From positions 1-64,000 of the forward strand of contig CAYWJO010000010.1 in NCBI GenBank assembly GCA_964458565.1: a stretch of DNA of 64,000 nt, given 5' to 3'. Both the position numbers and the translations under genes were made by a program. How positions within the stretch are numbered: the stretch's first letter is position 1; each line of letters begins with the position of its first letter. This stretch comes from an uncultured archaeon. GTDB taxonomy: Archaea > Asgardarchaeota > Thorarchaeia > Thorarchaeales > Thorarchaeaceae. Shown here one piece after another: positions 29,434 to 38,347 of the stretch. Below the pieces are notes generated by a model, which had not been told where the DNA came from, did no database searches, and saw only the letters and a program-made list of their open reading frames with translations.

Positions 29434-30366
29434 GTGATATTGACCCAAGTAGGAAAAGCAGAGAGTATTTTCGACAAACTAGGGATTGATATTTCGGATA
29501 AACGAATGAGAGTACTGGCTTCCATTCTTGTTCTTGAAGAAGAAGTTGGGACTATGTTTAGCTTTGAAGAAATTTACAAGAAACTTAGAGAGATTGAAGG
29601 TAAGCACCCTGGAAAAAAACCCCTGATATACAGATATCTAACAACCTTGGAAGAGAGCGGTTTTATCGAAATAAACAGATATGGATACCGCCATGAGTAT
29701 CGAAGTGATTTTCACAGAATCCAAAGAGCATTTGAGAATATCAAAAAAACAAGAATCAGAGATTTGGAAGAAAAAAGAAACGGATTGAGAGATCTAAAAG
29801 ATTTCCTTTTAAAGATTGATTTGAACGATTTGTCCTCAACTTTGATCCAGGATTTGACAGGCTCAAAACCTCAGATGAAACCTAGATATGCATTGGGGCC
29901 GGAGAATGTTTATTGGTTAATAGATAGAGAGATTTATGCTAAAGCCGGAAGTGGAGATATAATCCGTTTTGTACTTGATTGGGTCAATCCCGAAATGGAA
30001 GCCAAGTTAAATCGTCAGGAATGGGGAGATCAGCTTCTTAGTAAGAACATAGAAATCAAAACACTATTGCAAAAGGAATCCCTGATGGATGATAGCGTAT
30101 ATGCACGTCGAGCAACACCTTATAGAGAATGGAAGAAGAAGGGATGGAAAATTGGTGTACGAATAAGACTTGATTCAAGCAAATCGTATCAGTTTGCATC
30201 CTTGAATGAGGACGGTATAGTGCTTATCGTCGCAGAGAATCCGCTAACAGCTACATGGATTCCAAGAGAAACAAATCCCTCCCTCGTACAGGATGCAATA
30301 GAGAGATTTGATCTGGATTTTGAGAATTCTTTCGACCCCGAAAGCATATTTTCTGATAGGGGGTAA
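29434..30366 (+). CDS. TrmB-like regulator, paralog 2
   Basis: KPLIYRYLTTLEESGFI wHTH, coiled coil, YQFASLN. Confidence 0.65.
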   Translation: MILTQVGKAESIFDKLGIDISDKRMRVLASILVLEEEVGTMFSFEEIYKKLREIEGKHPGKKPLIYRYLTTLEESGFIEINRYGYRHEYRSDFHRIQRAFENIKKTRIRDLEEKRNGLRDLKDFLLKIDLNDLSSTLIQDLTGSKPQMKPRYALGPENVYWLIDREIYAKAGSGDIIRFVLDWVNPEMEAKLNRQEWGDQLLSKNIEIKTLLQKESLMDDSVYARRATPYREWKKKGWKIGVRIRLDSSKSYQFASLNEDGIVLIVAENPLTATWIPRETNPSLVQDAIERFDLDFENSFDPESIFSDRG

Positions 30367-30367
30367 G

Positions 30368-31336
30368 ATGGTGCTGCTTGATAATCTACCAAGAAATCAG
30401 CTCGATGCATTAGAAATTGTTCTTTCATCGAGTGACATGCAAATTCTAAAAGCCCTCTTCAATGCACAGTCTTCTATTCATAAATATCTAACCTGTGATG
30501 AATTGAATGCATACATATCGGATAAGGACGAAAAAGAAGTTACAAAAACTTGGATTTACCAATGCTTGAATAGTCTTGAGAATCGAGGTTTCATCCATGT
30601 TGACATTTTAGCAAACCCAAGAAAATACATGGCTTCAGCTGAAACTGTAAGTGTAGGACTTGATAAAGCTTTAAGAAAAAGAATGCGAGAAATAGATTAC
30701 GAACTGGAAACCCTTGAGCAGAGTATCACAGAGCTGAAATCTTTAGATAGTACACTCGTAACATCCCGTTTCAAAAACATATTAACTGGACGGAGTGAGA
30801 TAAAGGAGTATACAATTATTGTAACCTCAGACGATTTCCGAAAAGCTATTACCACACAACTTCTTGCGAATACCAAGAAAGGTGATGTGCTTCATATTAT
30901 TGATAGACCTGCACTTCTGAGAGATAGCATTGGTCAGAGTGGAATTGCTGAAAAAATGATAGTTGAGTTTGTGAATAAAGGAGGGATATTGAAAACCTTA
31001 CTCCTTGTCAAAGATATACAATCTGAACTCGAAATGTTGTTGAATTTTTTGGGGAATATTAGAGATTCGTTTTTGGAGGGTCTGGCATCAAATAGAATGG
31101 AAATCAAGATATTGAATCACAGAGCCAACACGTACCGATTTCTATCCTTGAATAACGAGAAGATGATTTTGATCCTCACAGACTCGATTTGTCCAGATAA
31201 AGCGATTCTATTTGATAGAGAGGACAATTCCATTTTATTCGATGATGCGTTAAAGAATTTTAATGAGCTGTTTGAGAAGGGCAAGAATATCTCAGAAATG
31301 ATGATGAAAATGGACCAGGAGCCCTCATTGCCTTAG
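30368..31336 (+). CDS. TrmB-like regulator, paralog 3
   Basis: KTWIYQCLNSLENRGFI...NPRKY wHTH, YRFLSLN; start moved to ATG 30368. Confidence 0.65.
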   Translation: MVLLDNLPRNQLDALEIVLSSSDMQILKALFNAQSSIHKYLTCDELNAYISDKDEKEVTKTWIYQCLNSLENRGFIHVDILANPRKYMASAETVSVGLDKALRKRMREIDYELETLEQSITELKSLDSTLVTSRFKNILTGRSEIKEYTIIVTSDDFRKAITTQLLANTKKGDVLHIIDRPALLRDSIGQSGIAEKMIVEFVNKGGILKTLLLVKDIQSELEMLLNFLGNIRDSFLEGLASNRMEIKILNHRANTYRFLSLNNEKMILILTDSICPDKAILFDREDNSILFDDALKNFNELFEKGKNISEMMMKMDQEPSLP

Positions 31337-32404
31337 TTATTGGTCGATTATCCAATCCTTAACTTTGGATAAACTTAGAAAGATATCACTACATACTGCT
31401 TCAAAGTCTTCATAAGAGCCATATTCCCCTCCAGCGGCATACGGATGGCCCCCTCCATTGAACTGTTTTGCCACAATGTTACAGAGAACCGTATCCTTAC
31501 CTCTCCTTAGACCTAACATTCCACCCTGACTCAGAGTTATAACCAAATCAGCAACCGGTAATATGGTATCATCGTCTAGCCTCAAATTTGATTCATCCGA
31601 TAGAAATGTCCCTAAGTCAGTTGTTGTCACGCCATGTGGAAGTTCAACAATGCGAACTAAGCGATCGTGGATGATTTCGTCACAATGTCCGCTCAAAGCT
31701 TTCCTCATTTTCTTCGATTTTTCTTTCCGATAATACTTGACTCTCTGATCTAGCAAACTATCTTTGAACCGTTTCGTTTCAGTATCCCAAAGACCAGACA
31801 TTCCATCATCAGCGAGTTTGAATAGAAGGGGTTTGAGAATCTCAGTGAGGTCCTCTTTTCTATCCATGGCATTGAATCGAAGAACAGAAAGAGCATCTGT
31901 CAAGGCACTTGCGGAATCAATTTCTCTGAGATTAAAATCAGTATCGTGAGCGATTGATGCAAGTTCAGAAGATATTTCATCATTCGCCATGAGAACCTTA
32001 TGTGATATTTCAGCTGCACAATGATCGTGATTCACCTTAAGGATAGGTTTGTTTCCTAGTGATTGAATTGCTGCTACTGCTTTCTTGGACCATTGATGAT
32101 GATCTAGCCATACAATACGACATCCCTGAGAGATCGCTCGTTCCAAGGAGCTGATAATGAAATCAAGAACTAAATCATCCATTCCCAAATCTGTGATTAT
32201 TATGAGCGTGTTTCGTCTCAAAGCAACTGCAGCGAATACATCTTGAAAATTCCCATAATCTGTCAGAATAACATCAAATTCGAGGCTTCGTGAGAGAGCG
32301 TAACGTCTTACAATAGCTGATGAAGCCAGGCCATCAACGTCTTTGTCATGGGAGATTGAAAGAAGAGAATCCATCTTCCGTTTCAATGTTTTCTCAGTAC
32401 TCAT
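31337..32404 (-). CDS. DHH/DHHA1 family phosphoesterase
   Basis: SHDKDVDG, ITDLG, WLDHH, GGGHPYAAG. Confidence 0.88.
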   Translation of the reverse strand: MSTEKTLKRKMDSLLSISHDKDVDGLASSAIVRRYALSRSLEFDVILTDYGNFQDVFAAVALRRNTLIIITDLGMDDLVLDFIISSLERAISQGCRIVWLDHHQWSKKAVAAIQSLGNKPILKVNHDHCAAEISHKVLMANDEISSELASIAHDTDFNLREIDSASALTDALSVLRFNAMDRKEDLTEILKPLLFKLADDGMSGLWDTETKRFKDSLLDQRVKYYRKEKSKKMRKALSGHCDEIIHDRLVRIVELPHGVTTTDLGTFLSDESNLRLDDDTILPVADLVITLSQGGMLGLRRGKDTVLCNIVAKQFNGGGHPYAAGGEYGSYEDFEAVCSDIFLSLSKVKDWIIDQ

Positions 32405-32500
32405 TGTAGAAATTTCATGAAACAGCCCCTTTTTTTGTCTTGTCCTTAAGTACTATGTTTCGAAAGTGTTTTCTGGAAGGACATACGGCAATGACTTAGC

Positions 32501-34399
32501 ATGAATCCTCAGAGTAAAAGAGAAGAAAATGCTAAACTTCTCAGCGGAAATGAAGCTATCGCTTATGGAGCAATGGAAGCTGGAGTAGCGTTTTGTACAT
32601 CATACCCAGGAACACCTTCAACTGAAATCATGGAAACTCTAATGGTAAATGCGGAAGCTTTTGCTCTTTACACAGAGTGGAGCACGAATGAAAAAGTAGC
32701 CCTCGAAGCATCAGCAGGTGCAAGTTGGATGGGTATACCAAGTATCTGTTCTATGAAATCACTTGGGCTTAATGTTGCTGCAGATTTTCTATTAAATCTC
32801 AACCTATCTGGTTCCGGACCTGGTGGACTTGTAATAGTCGTATGTGATGATCCAAGGGGTCATAGTTCAAGCAATGAACAAGATTCGAGATTCTATGCAA
32901 AAGCAGCCAAACTACCCCTAATCGAACCCACTGATTGTCAAGAAGCAAAAGATGTCATGCCATTTGCATTCGAATTATCACGAAGACATCAGATTCCAAT
33001 AATTGTCAGAAGCACTACGAGATTGAGTCATTCAAGAGGATTAGTACGTTTAGGGGATATCGAGAAACATAAAATCCAAGCAAATCCATCAATTCCGGAT
33101 AATCTGTTCAACGTACCCAATCCGCACATCAAACACAAGGATTTAGATGAGAAACTCGGTGATGTTCTTCGTGAGTTTGAGAACTCAGAATTCAACTCAT
33201 GCTCGGAGGAGGATGGTAGTAATTTAATCATCATTGCATCAGGTATTGGGTACAGGTATGCCATGGAAGCAATTGAGATACTTGGTATTAACTCAACGAG
33301 AGTCGTTAAAATTGTAACAACATATCCGTTACCTGAGAAGATAATACAAGATTGGTGGAATGGTAATAAGAAAATACTCTTCATAGAAGAGATTGACCCA
33401 TTCGTAGAAGAACAGGTTCTCGCGATCTTCGCTGAATTTGAGTGGTTAAATTCTGTAAAGGAGCCAGTTGAATTCTATGGGAAGAGAAATGGTTTCGTGC
33501 CTTTCTATGGGGAATTGAATACGGATATAGTCGTCGACTCCATAGCTAAGGTCTTAGATATCCAAATGCCATTCAGAGATGATGTTGGGAATGCACGGAA
33601 AGAAGCTAAAGACCTTTTGATTGAAAGACCACTTACGTTCTGTGCTGGTTGTACACATCGAAATGTCTACTATGCAATCAAGAGAGTAAAACACAGATTG
33701 AAAGACAAAATCATAGTTGCCGGAGATATCGGATGTTATTCATTGGGAGTGTTTTATGATCAAACGATGGATACGATGCAAGCAATGGGATCAGGTATTG
33801 GAGTCGCAACAGGGTTGGGTCAACTTCAACGATTTGATCAAGATAACAAGATTCTCGCTGTGGCAGGTGATTCAACATTCTATCATTCCTGCATCCCGGG
33901 TCTTATCAATGCGAGACATAAGAATGCAGACCTCACCTTCTTGATACTTGATAACTCGACTACAGCCATGACGGGTTTTCAAGAGCATCCAGGTTCAGCC
34001 ACACAAAGTAAGAATTCCAAAATAGTAAGTATTGCTAAGATCGTGAAGGCAATCGAGCCGGATTTGTTTGAAGAGGTTAACAGTGAGGAAATAGATTCCT
34101 TAATTGACTCAATTCATAGGGCAGTAGATCAACCAGGGTTAAAGGTTTTACATCTGAAAGGAATTTGCAGACTCGAAGCTGCTAGAAGTGAATCTATCAT
34201 TAGGAAGGTAGAAATTGATACTGGTAATTGTAAAGGGTCAACATGCAAGATATGTGTGAGTGACTTTGGATGTACAGGATTACGATGGATAAATGAAGAT
34301 GACAGGCCTGAAATCGTTGATCATATCTGCATCCATTGTGGAGCATGTATCTCAGTTTGTCCAAATAATGCAATAAGACGAGAGGAGGGTATTCGTTGA
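32501..34399 (+). CDS. iorA: indolepyruvate:ferredoxin oxidoreductase alpha subunit
   Basis: GNEAIA, YPGTPSTE, NEKVALE, SSSNEQDSR, FCAGCTHR, GDIGCY, GDSTF, DNSTTAMTG, C-terminal ferredoxin domain. Confidence 0.93.
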   Translation: MNPQSKREENAKLLSGNEAIAYGAMEAGVAFCTSYPGTPSTEIMETLMVNAEAFALYTEWSTNEKVALEASAGASWMGIPSICSMKSLGLNVAADFLLNLNLSGSGPGGLVIVVCDDPRGHSSSNEQDSRFYAKAAKLPLIEPTDCQEAKDVMPFAFELSRRHQIPIIVRSTTRLSHSRGLVRLGDIEKHKIQANPSIPDNLFNVPNPHIKHKDLDEKLGDVLREFENSEFNSCSEEDGSNLIIIASGIGYRYAMEAIEILGINSTRVVKIVTTYPLPEKIIQDWWNGNKKILFIEEIDPFVEEQVLAIFAEFEWLNSVKEPVEFYGKRNGFVPFYGELNTDIVVDSIAKVLDIQMPFRDDVGNARKEAKDLLIERPLTFCAGCTHRNVYYAIKRVKHRLKDKIIVAGDIGCYSLGVFYDQTMDTMQAMGSGIGVATGLGQLQRFDQDNKILAVAGDSTFYHSCIPGLINARHKNADLTFLILDNSTTAMTGFQEHPGSATQSKNSKIVSIAKIVKAIEPDLFEEVNSEEIDSLIDSIHRAVDQPGLKVLHLKGICRLEAARSESIIRKVEIDTGNCKGSTCKICVSDFGCTGLRWINEDDRPEIVDHICIHCGACISVCPNNAIRREEGIR

Positions 34400-34998
34400 G
34401 TGAATACAACATTCTTATTGCAGGTGTAGGAGGTCAAGGAAACCTCCTTCTCGGGAGAGTCTTAGCAGATGCTGCTGCAGATGATGGATATCGCCCTGTT
34501 ATCGGTGAAACCTTTGGTGCAAGCAGAAGAGGAGGAACAGTCTATACTCATCTACGAATTGCGAAAAGCGATTTAGGACCTCTGATACCTAGAGGGCGTC
34601 TGGATTTGCTAGTAGGGCTTGAACCTTTGGAAGCATTGAGAGCGAGTGTGAAATTCGCAGGACTAAATACAACTGCAATTGTTGCAATTGAACCGGTTCA
34701 GAGCACAATCAGTCAATCAGGGGAAGTCGACTACCCAGATGTGAAGACCATCATTGATCACCTGAGGAAATTGTGCGGGAGAGTGGAACCTATTAACACC
34801 AAGGAAATTCTACAAACAATTGGAACCTATAGGGTGTTAAACACTCTCATTCTTGGCATAATTTCTGAGATGGAAATTACGCCGCTAAGAAGGGAAACAA
34901 TTCAGTCATCCCTGGATAAAACCATTGGATTTCGAGGATTGAACAAAGAAGCATTTCTCGCTGGTGTTGAAGTAGTTGTAAAATCCAATAAAATTTGA
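34396..34998 (+). CDS. iorB: indolepyruvate:ferredoxin oxidoreductase beta subunit
   Basis: AGVGGQG, ETFGASRRGG.V..HLR, EPLEALR; overlaps iorA by 4 nt. Confidence 0.9.
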   Translation: MSEYNILIAGVGGQGNLLLGRVLADAAADDGYRPVIGETFGASRRGGTVYTHLRIAKSDLGPLIPRGRLDLLVGLEPLEALRASVKFAGLNTTAIVAIEPVQSTISQSGEVDYPDVKTIIDHLRKLCGRVEPINTKEILQTIGTYRVLNTLILGIISEMEITPLRRETIQSSLDKTIGFRGLNKEAFLAGVEVVVKSNKI

Positions 34999-35003
34999 TG
35001 TTT

Positions 35004-35993
35004 TTACATCCATGTTTCAAGTGTATCCTGAACGATGAAGAACTGTTTCCAGAGCCCAACAAGGGTATCTAGTGTTGATTCTGTACGCGTATCACCTAAA
35101 ACAGGAGCCAATAATCGACTCACTCTTGATGGAACTGGGGAATTCAATGATGTATCGATGTGACTAACAGTCAGGTAGTTACCGTAATCAAAGACCGCTC
35201 TGGCTGCTAGGAATTCAGATCGTTCCGAATACGAAAAGCCTCGAGCTTTCAAAAGTCCCTCAAGACCCCCGAATCTTCTCAGGAGAACTACTCCTTTTCG
35301 GGGACCAATACCTGGCACGCCTTTTTTATGAAAATCACATCCGCATACTATTGCCAAATCTCGAAGCTCCTCGAGCTCTAAATCAATGACTTCCTGAATT
35401 CCTTGAAGAGTGACTTGCTCCATCTGGTTCTTTGACAATTGCAAACTGCGGATGACATGGGGACTTCCAAAGAGTATCGCATCCATGTCATTGGACGCCA
35501 CAGAACCAACAAGCCCCTCACGGCACATAACAGCACACATCAACTCTGCTTCAGAGGATGCTGATACTACAGGAACACCAATTGAAGAGCATATATCCTT
35601 GAGATGTTGTGCCGCAAAGTAGGTTCTCAATGCAGGACTATTATTCAGAGGTTCAGCAATCTCTTGATTAAATGGATCACCTTCTTTTTTGTACCAACGA
35701 TAGAGACTGTTAGCGATATGAATCAGTTCTGGGTCTGCATCCCGCTTCAATGTTTCAGGCGGACCATCGAATACAAAGATAGGAATGATATGTTTCTTCA
35801 GAGACGTACGTATAAGACTTAACCCAATGGATACATGAGTCAGAGGTATACGTTCTCTAACACGTGTAACTCTGTTGATTGTTGACATTCTACGAATCAT
35901 ATAGTTGAACGCATCTATAGCAATTTTATTCATTGTCAATTCTGAAATATCAACCCAACGCCAAGGAATGAAGTCCCAACCCTTCACTCCCAA
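35004..35993 (-). CDS. FEN1/XPG-family 5' structure-specific nuclease (divergent) with C-terminal PIP box
   Basis: MGVKG, IAIDA, FVFDG, EAE..CA, SNDMDAILFG, GCDF..GVPGIGP helix-turn-helix, QDTLETWM. Confidence 0.88.
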   Translation of the reverse strand: MGVKGWDFIPWRWVDISELTMNKIAIDAFNYMIRRMSTINRVTRVRERIPLTHVSIGLSLIRTSLKKHIIPIFVFDGPPETLKRDADPELIHIANSLYRWYKKEGDPFNQEIAEPLNNSPALRTYFAAQHLKDICSSIGVPVVSASSEAELMCAVMCREGLVGSVASNDMDAILFGSPHVIRSLQLSKNQMEQVTLQGIQEVIDLELEELRDLAIVCGCDFHKKGVPGIGPRKGVVLLRRFGGLEGLLKARGFSYSERSEFLAARAVFDYGNYLTVSHIDTSLNSPVPSRVSRLLAPVLGDTRTESTLDTLVGLWKQFFIVQDTLETWM

Positions 35994-35995
35994 TA

Positions 35996-36712
35996 CTAGA
36001 ACCTCCGTAATGGTCGGATGCCAAACTCACCCATTCTTACCATGAGACTCTCAGGTTTTTTCAAAGTTGGTGATCTTTCAATCTTAATCTGGAAAGTGTA
36101 ACCGTGATTTTCAAAAGCGGTTATTCGAATCATGGAATCAATTGAGTGCTCCAGAACATTTCCCCCTACAGGTCGTGATGCACCAGTTATAGGATCTCGG
36201 GATGAATGGTCAGTGATTACAAGATGACTTGGAGAATCAATCATTGTTTCTCTTAGAGTTTCAAGCATGGAAAACAGGCGACGTTGCCTTTTCTTACTAC
36301 TAGGAGGCAAATTGAGATTGAGAGCACCTGTAAGACTATCAAGCACAATTATCGAGTAATTTGTAGCAACAGATGCAATAATTTCCTCAATATCATCCAA
36401 ACCCATGACATTTGCTACCATCAATTTCTGTAATGCATCTTCATTAGCATCACCCATAAGGCGTCTTGCAAGTGTTGGTTTGAAGTTGGTTCCTGAATCA
36501 AGATACACAGTCAGTTTACCGGAACGAATACATCCAACTGCAATCTCATGAGAGAGAATTGTCATTGGTGATCTCATTGGACCGTGAATAAGTGATATTT
36601 GTCCCGGGATGAGAACTGAACTAAACAAATCGTTTAGCTGCGGCGGGTAGAGTATTATTTCTGATTGCAAGTCAATTGAAAATTCATCAAGTGTCGTCAT
36701 TTTGCTCTTCAA
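35996..36712 (-). CDS. RadB/Rad51-paralog-like RecA-fold protein with degenerate Walker A
   Basis: PGQISLIHGPMRSPMT (no GKT), YLDSG, IVLDSL, PVGGNVLEH. Confidence 0.7.
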   Translation of the reverse strand: MKSKMTTLDEFSIDLQSEIILYPPQLNDLFSSVLIPGQISLIHGPMRSPMTILSHEIAVGCIRSGKLTVYLDSGTNFKPTLARRLMGDANEDALQKLMVANVMGLDDIEEIIASVATNYSIIVLDSLTGALNLNLPPSSKKRQRRLFSMLETLRETMIDSPSHLVITDHSSRDPITGASRPVGGNVLEHSIDSMIRITAFENHGYTFQIKIERSPTLKKPESLMVRMGEFGIRPLRRF

Positions 36713-37652
36713 CTCGTTTTATTGGTAATTTCCGCTCTAGGATGAGGCTTCGTAGTTCATTCGAATGCAAACTTGCGGAGGTCAACCCTGTTGCAAGTTC
36801 CTTTGGGACAAGTGCAGAAATCCCAGGTTTTGATGGAAAAATGGTTGTTCCAGGAGCCCATGAATCAATCAACAGACTGACTGAATTTGGATCTGTCATA
36901 TATTCATAATCAGTGAAAGTTATGCCAAAACGGGCATCTATGAAAGGTAATGCAAGAATTGCTTTCGTAAGTGTATGTGAGCATACTTTCGGACAATGCG
37001 TTTCAGGTAATTCAAGAATGTTCACAACATCTTCGATTGGAACCAGACTTGTATCAACGACAAGAGCGTCCATATCATTAAGATGAGTTAGAGAAACAGA
37101 CCACTCAACTCGTTGCTGAAATATCTCAATGATGCTATTATGGGCCCCCAAGGGAATGTGTAGTGCCTTTAGTTTGCTCGCAAGTTGGTCTACATACACC
37201 CATAACTCATCATCACTGATAGAATCAATGCCTCTTGCGGCCATGGAAGTATCTAATGATAACTTGTGATTGAACCCCTCATTTAAGCGGACCACAATTT
37301 GGTTAGGGTTCCGTACAACTGCACACAAGATAGTTACAGACGCTGTACCGACAATCGAAAAAAGCAATCCATTTTCTAAGCCTATGATGAAAACTGTTAC
37401 ACTCAAAAAAATAGTTGCAGTCCAACCAAGAACATTGGTAATCATTTTCACAGGTTCATTGAACATTGATGATCCTGCAATTCGAAGTACACCGAGAGTG
37501 ACTAGAAAGACTAGTATCAATGGTATATTATTTCCTAGTCTATAAGCAATTACAATAGAGTTTACAGAAGTGATTAGCTGTGTCCCCAATGTGAGTGTAA
37601 TTGCCCCAATTACTGCATACTTGGCTATACGAAAGATTGTTCCTCCGAACAT
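36687..37652 (-). CDS. membrane protein (about 4 N-terminal TM helices plus soluble domain)
   Basis: Four hydrophobic segments in the first ~115 aa; overlaps both neighbours. Confidence 0.7.
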   Translation of the reverse strand: MFGGTIFRIAKYAVIGAITLTLGTQLITSVNSIVIAYRLGNNIPLILVFLVTLGVLRIAGSSMFNEPVKMITNVLGWTATIFLSVTVFIIGLENGLLFSIVGTASVTILCAVVRNPNQIVVRLNEGFNHKLSLDTSMAARGIDSISDDELWVYVDQLASKLKALHIPLGAHNSIIEIFQQRVEWSVSLTHLNDMDALVVDTSLVPIEDVVNILELPETHCPKVCSHTLTKAILALPFIDARFGITFTDYEYMTDPNSVSLLIDSWAPGTTIFPSKPGISALVPKELATGLTSASLHSNELRSLILERKLPIKRVEEQNDDT

Positions 37653-38341
37653 TTCGAAACCCCCTTGATTGATTCGCTGATAGCGAGGCGAGTGACTTTC
37701 GGTAGTCCGTCGCTTTTCAGAACCTGAATCGCTATCTGTGTATTATTTATTGTATCATTAATTTCAGTGCGATAGCTTCCATGTGGACGAAGAAGTTGAA
37801 GGTCGATGTCAACCCATTTTCTAAGAGCATCATGGAAAACCGGTTTGGGCCCTTCAGAATCAAGAGTTCGACATTCACTAGTGCACAGAATTGATATTTT
37901 TCTTGAGGTGACAAGTCCAGCTAAATATGGAAGGACATCTTCAACCATCTCTCGTCCCCAGAGCAGAGGGTCACGTCGAGCCATATCAAGGACTCGAGTA
38001 ATTGTGTCAATTATTACAAGAGATGTCGTATCATCTATCTCGCTCTTGAGGTTAGTTATGGCATCATACGTTTCTGAACTTCCCTTTGTGAGAATTATCA
38101 CGATGTTTGAAGAATTACCATTATATAGTGCAACTAAATCCCTTAAGCGCTGAATGAAGTTTACTTTGAAATCAGTGCATATCCAGATTACATGCGAGTT
38201 TCTACTTTTTATTGCAGCTGCTTGCATGGCTAACAAAGTTTTTCCTGAACCTGAAGCACCCCATAGATGAATAAATCCTTGAACACCTAAATATTTCAAT
38301 AAATCTGATTCTTGAGATAGAGAAGAATCAGAGTTTCGCAT
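37625..38341 (-). CDS. RadB/Rad51-paralog-like RecA-fold ATPase
   Basis: HLWGASGSGKT Walker A, LVIIDT Walker B; no N-terminal HhH domain. Confidence 0.78.
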   Translation of the reverse strand: MRNSDSSLSQESDLLKYLGVQGFIHLWGASGSGKTLLAMQAAAIKSRNSHVIWICTDFKVNFIQRLRDLVALYNGNSSNIVIILTKGSSETYDAITNLKSEIDDTTSLVIIDTITRVLDMARRDPLLWGREMVEDVLPYLAGLVTSRKISILCTSECRTLDSEGPKPVFHDALRKWVDIDLQLLRPHGSYRTEINDTINNTQIAIQVLKSDGLPKVTRLAISESIKGVSKCSEEQSFV

Positions 38342-38347
38342 CAGAAT

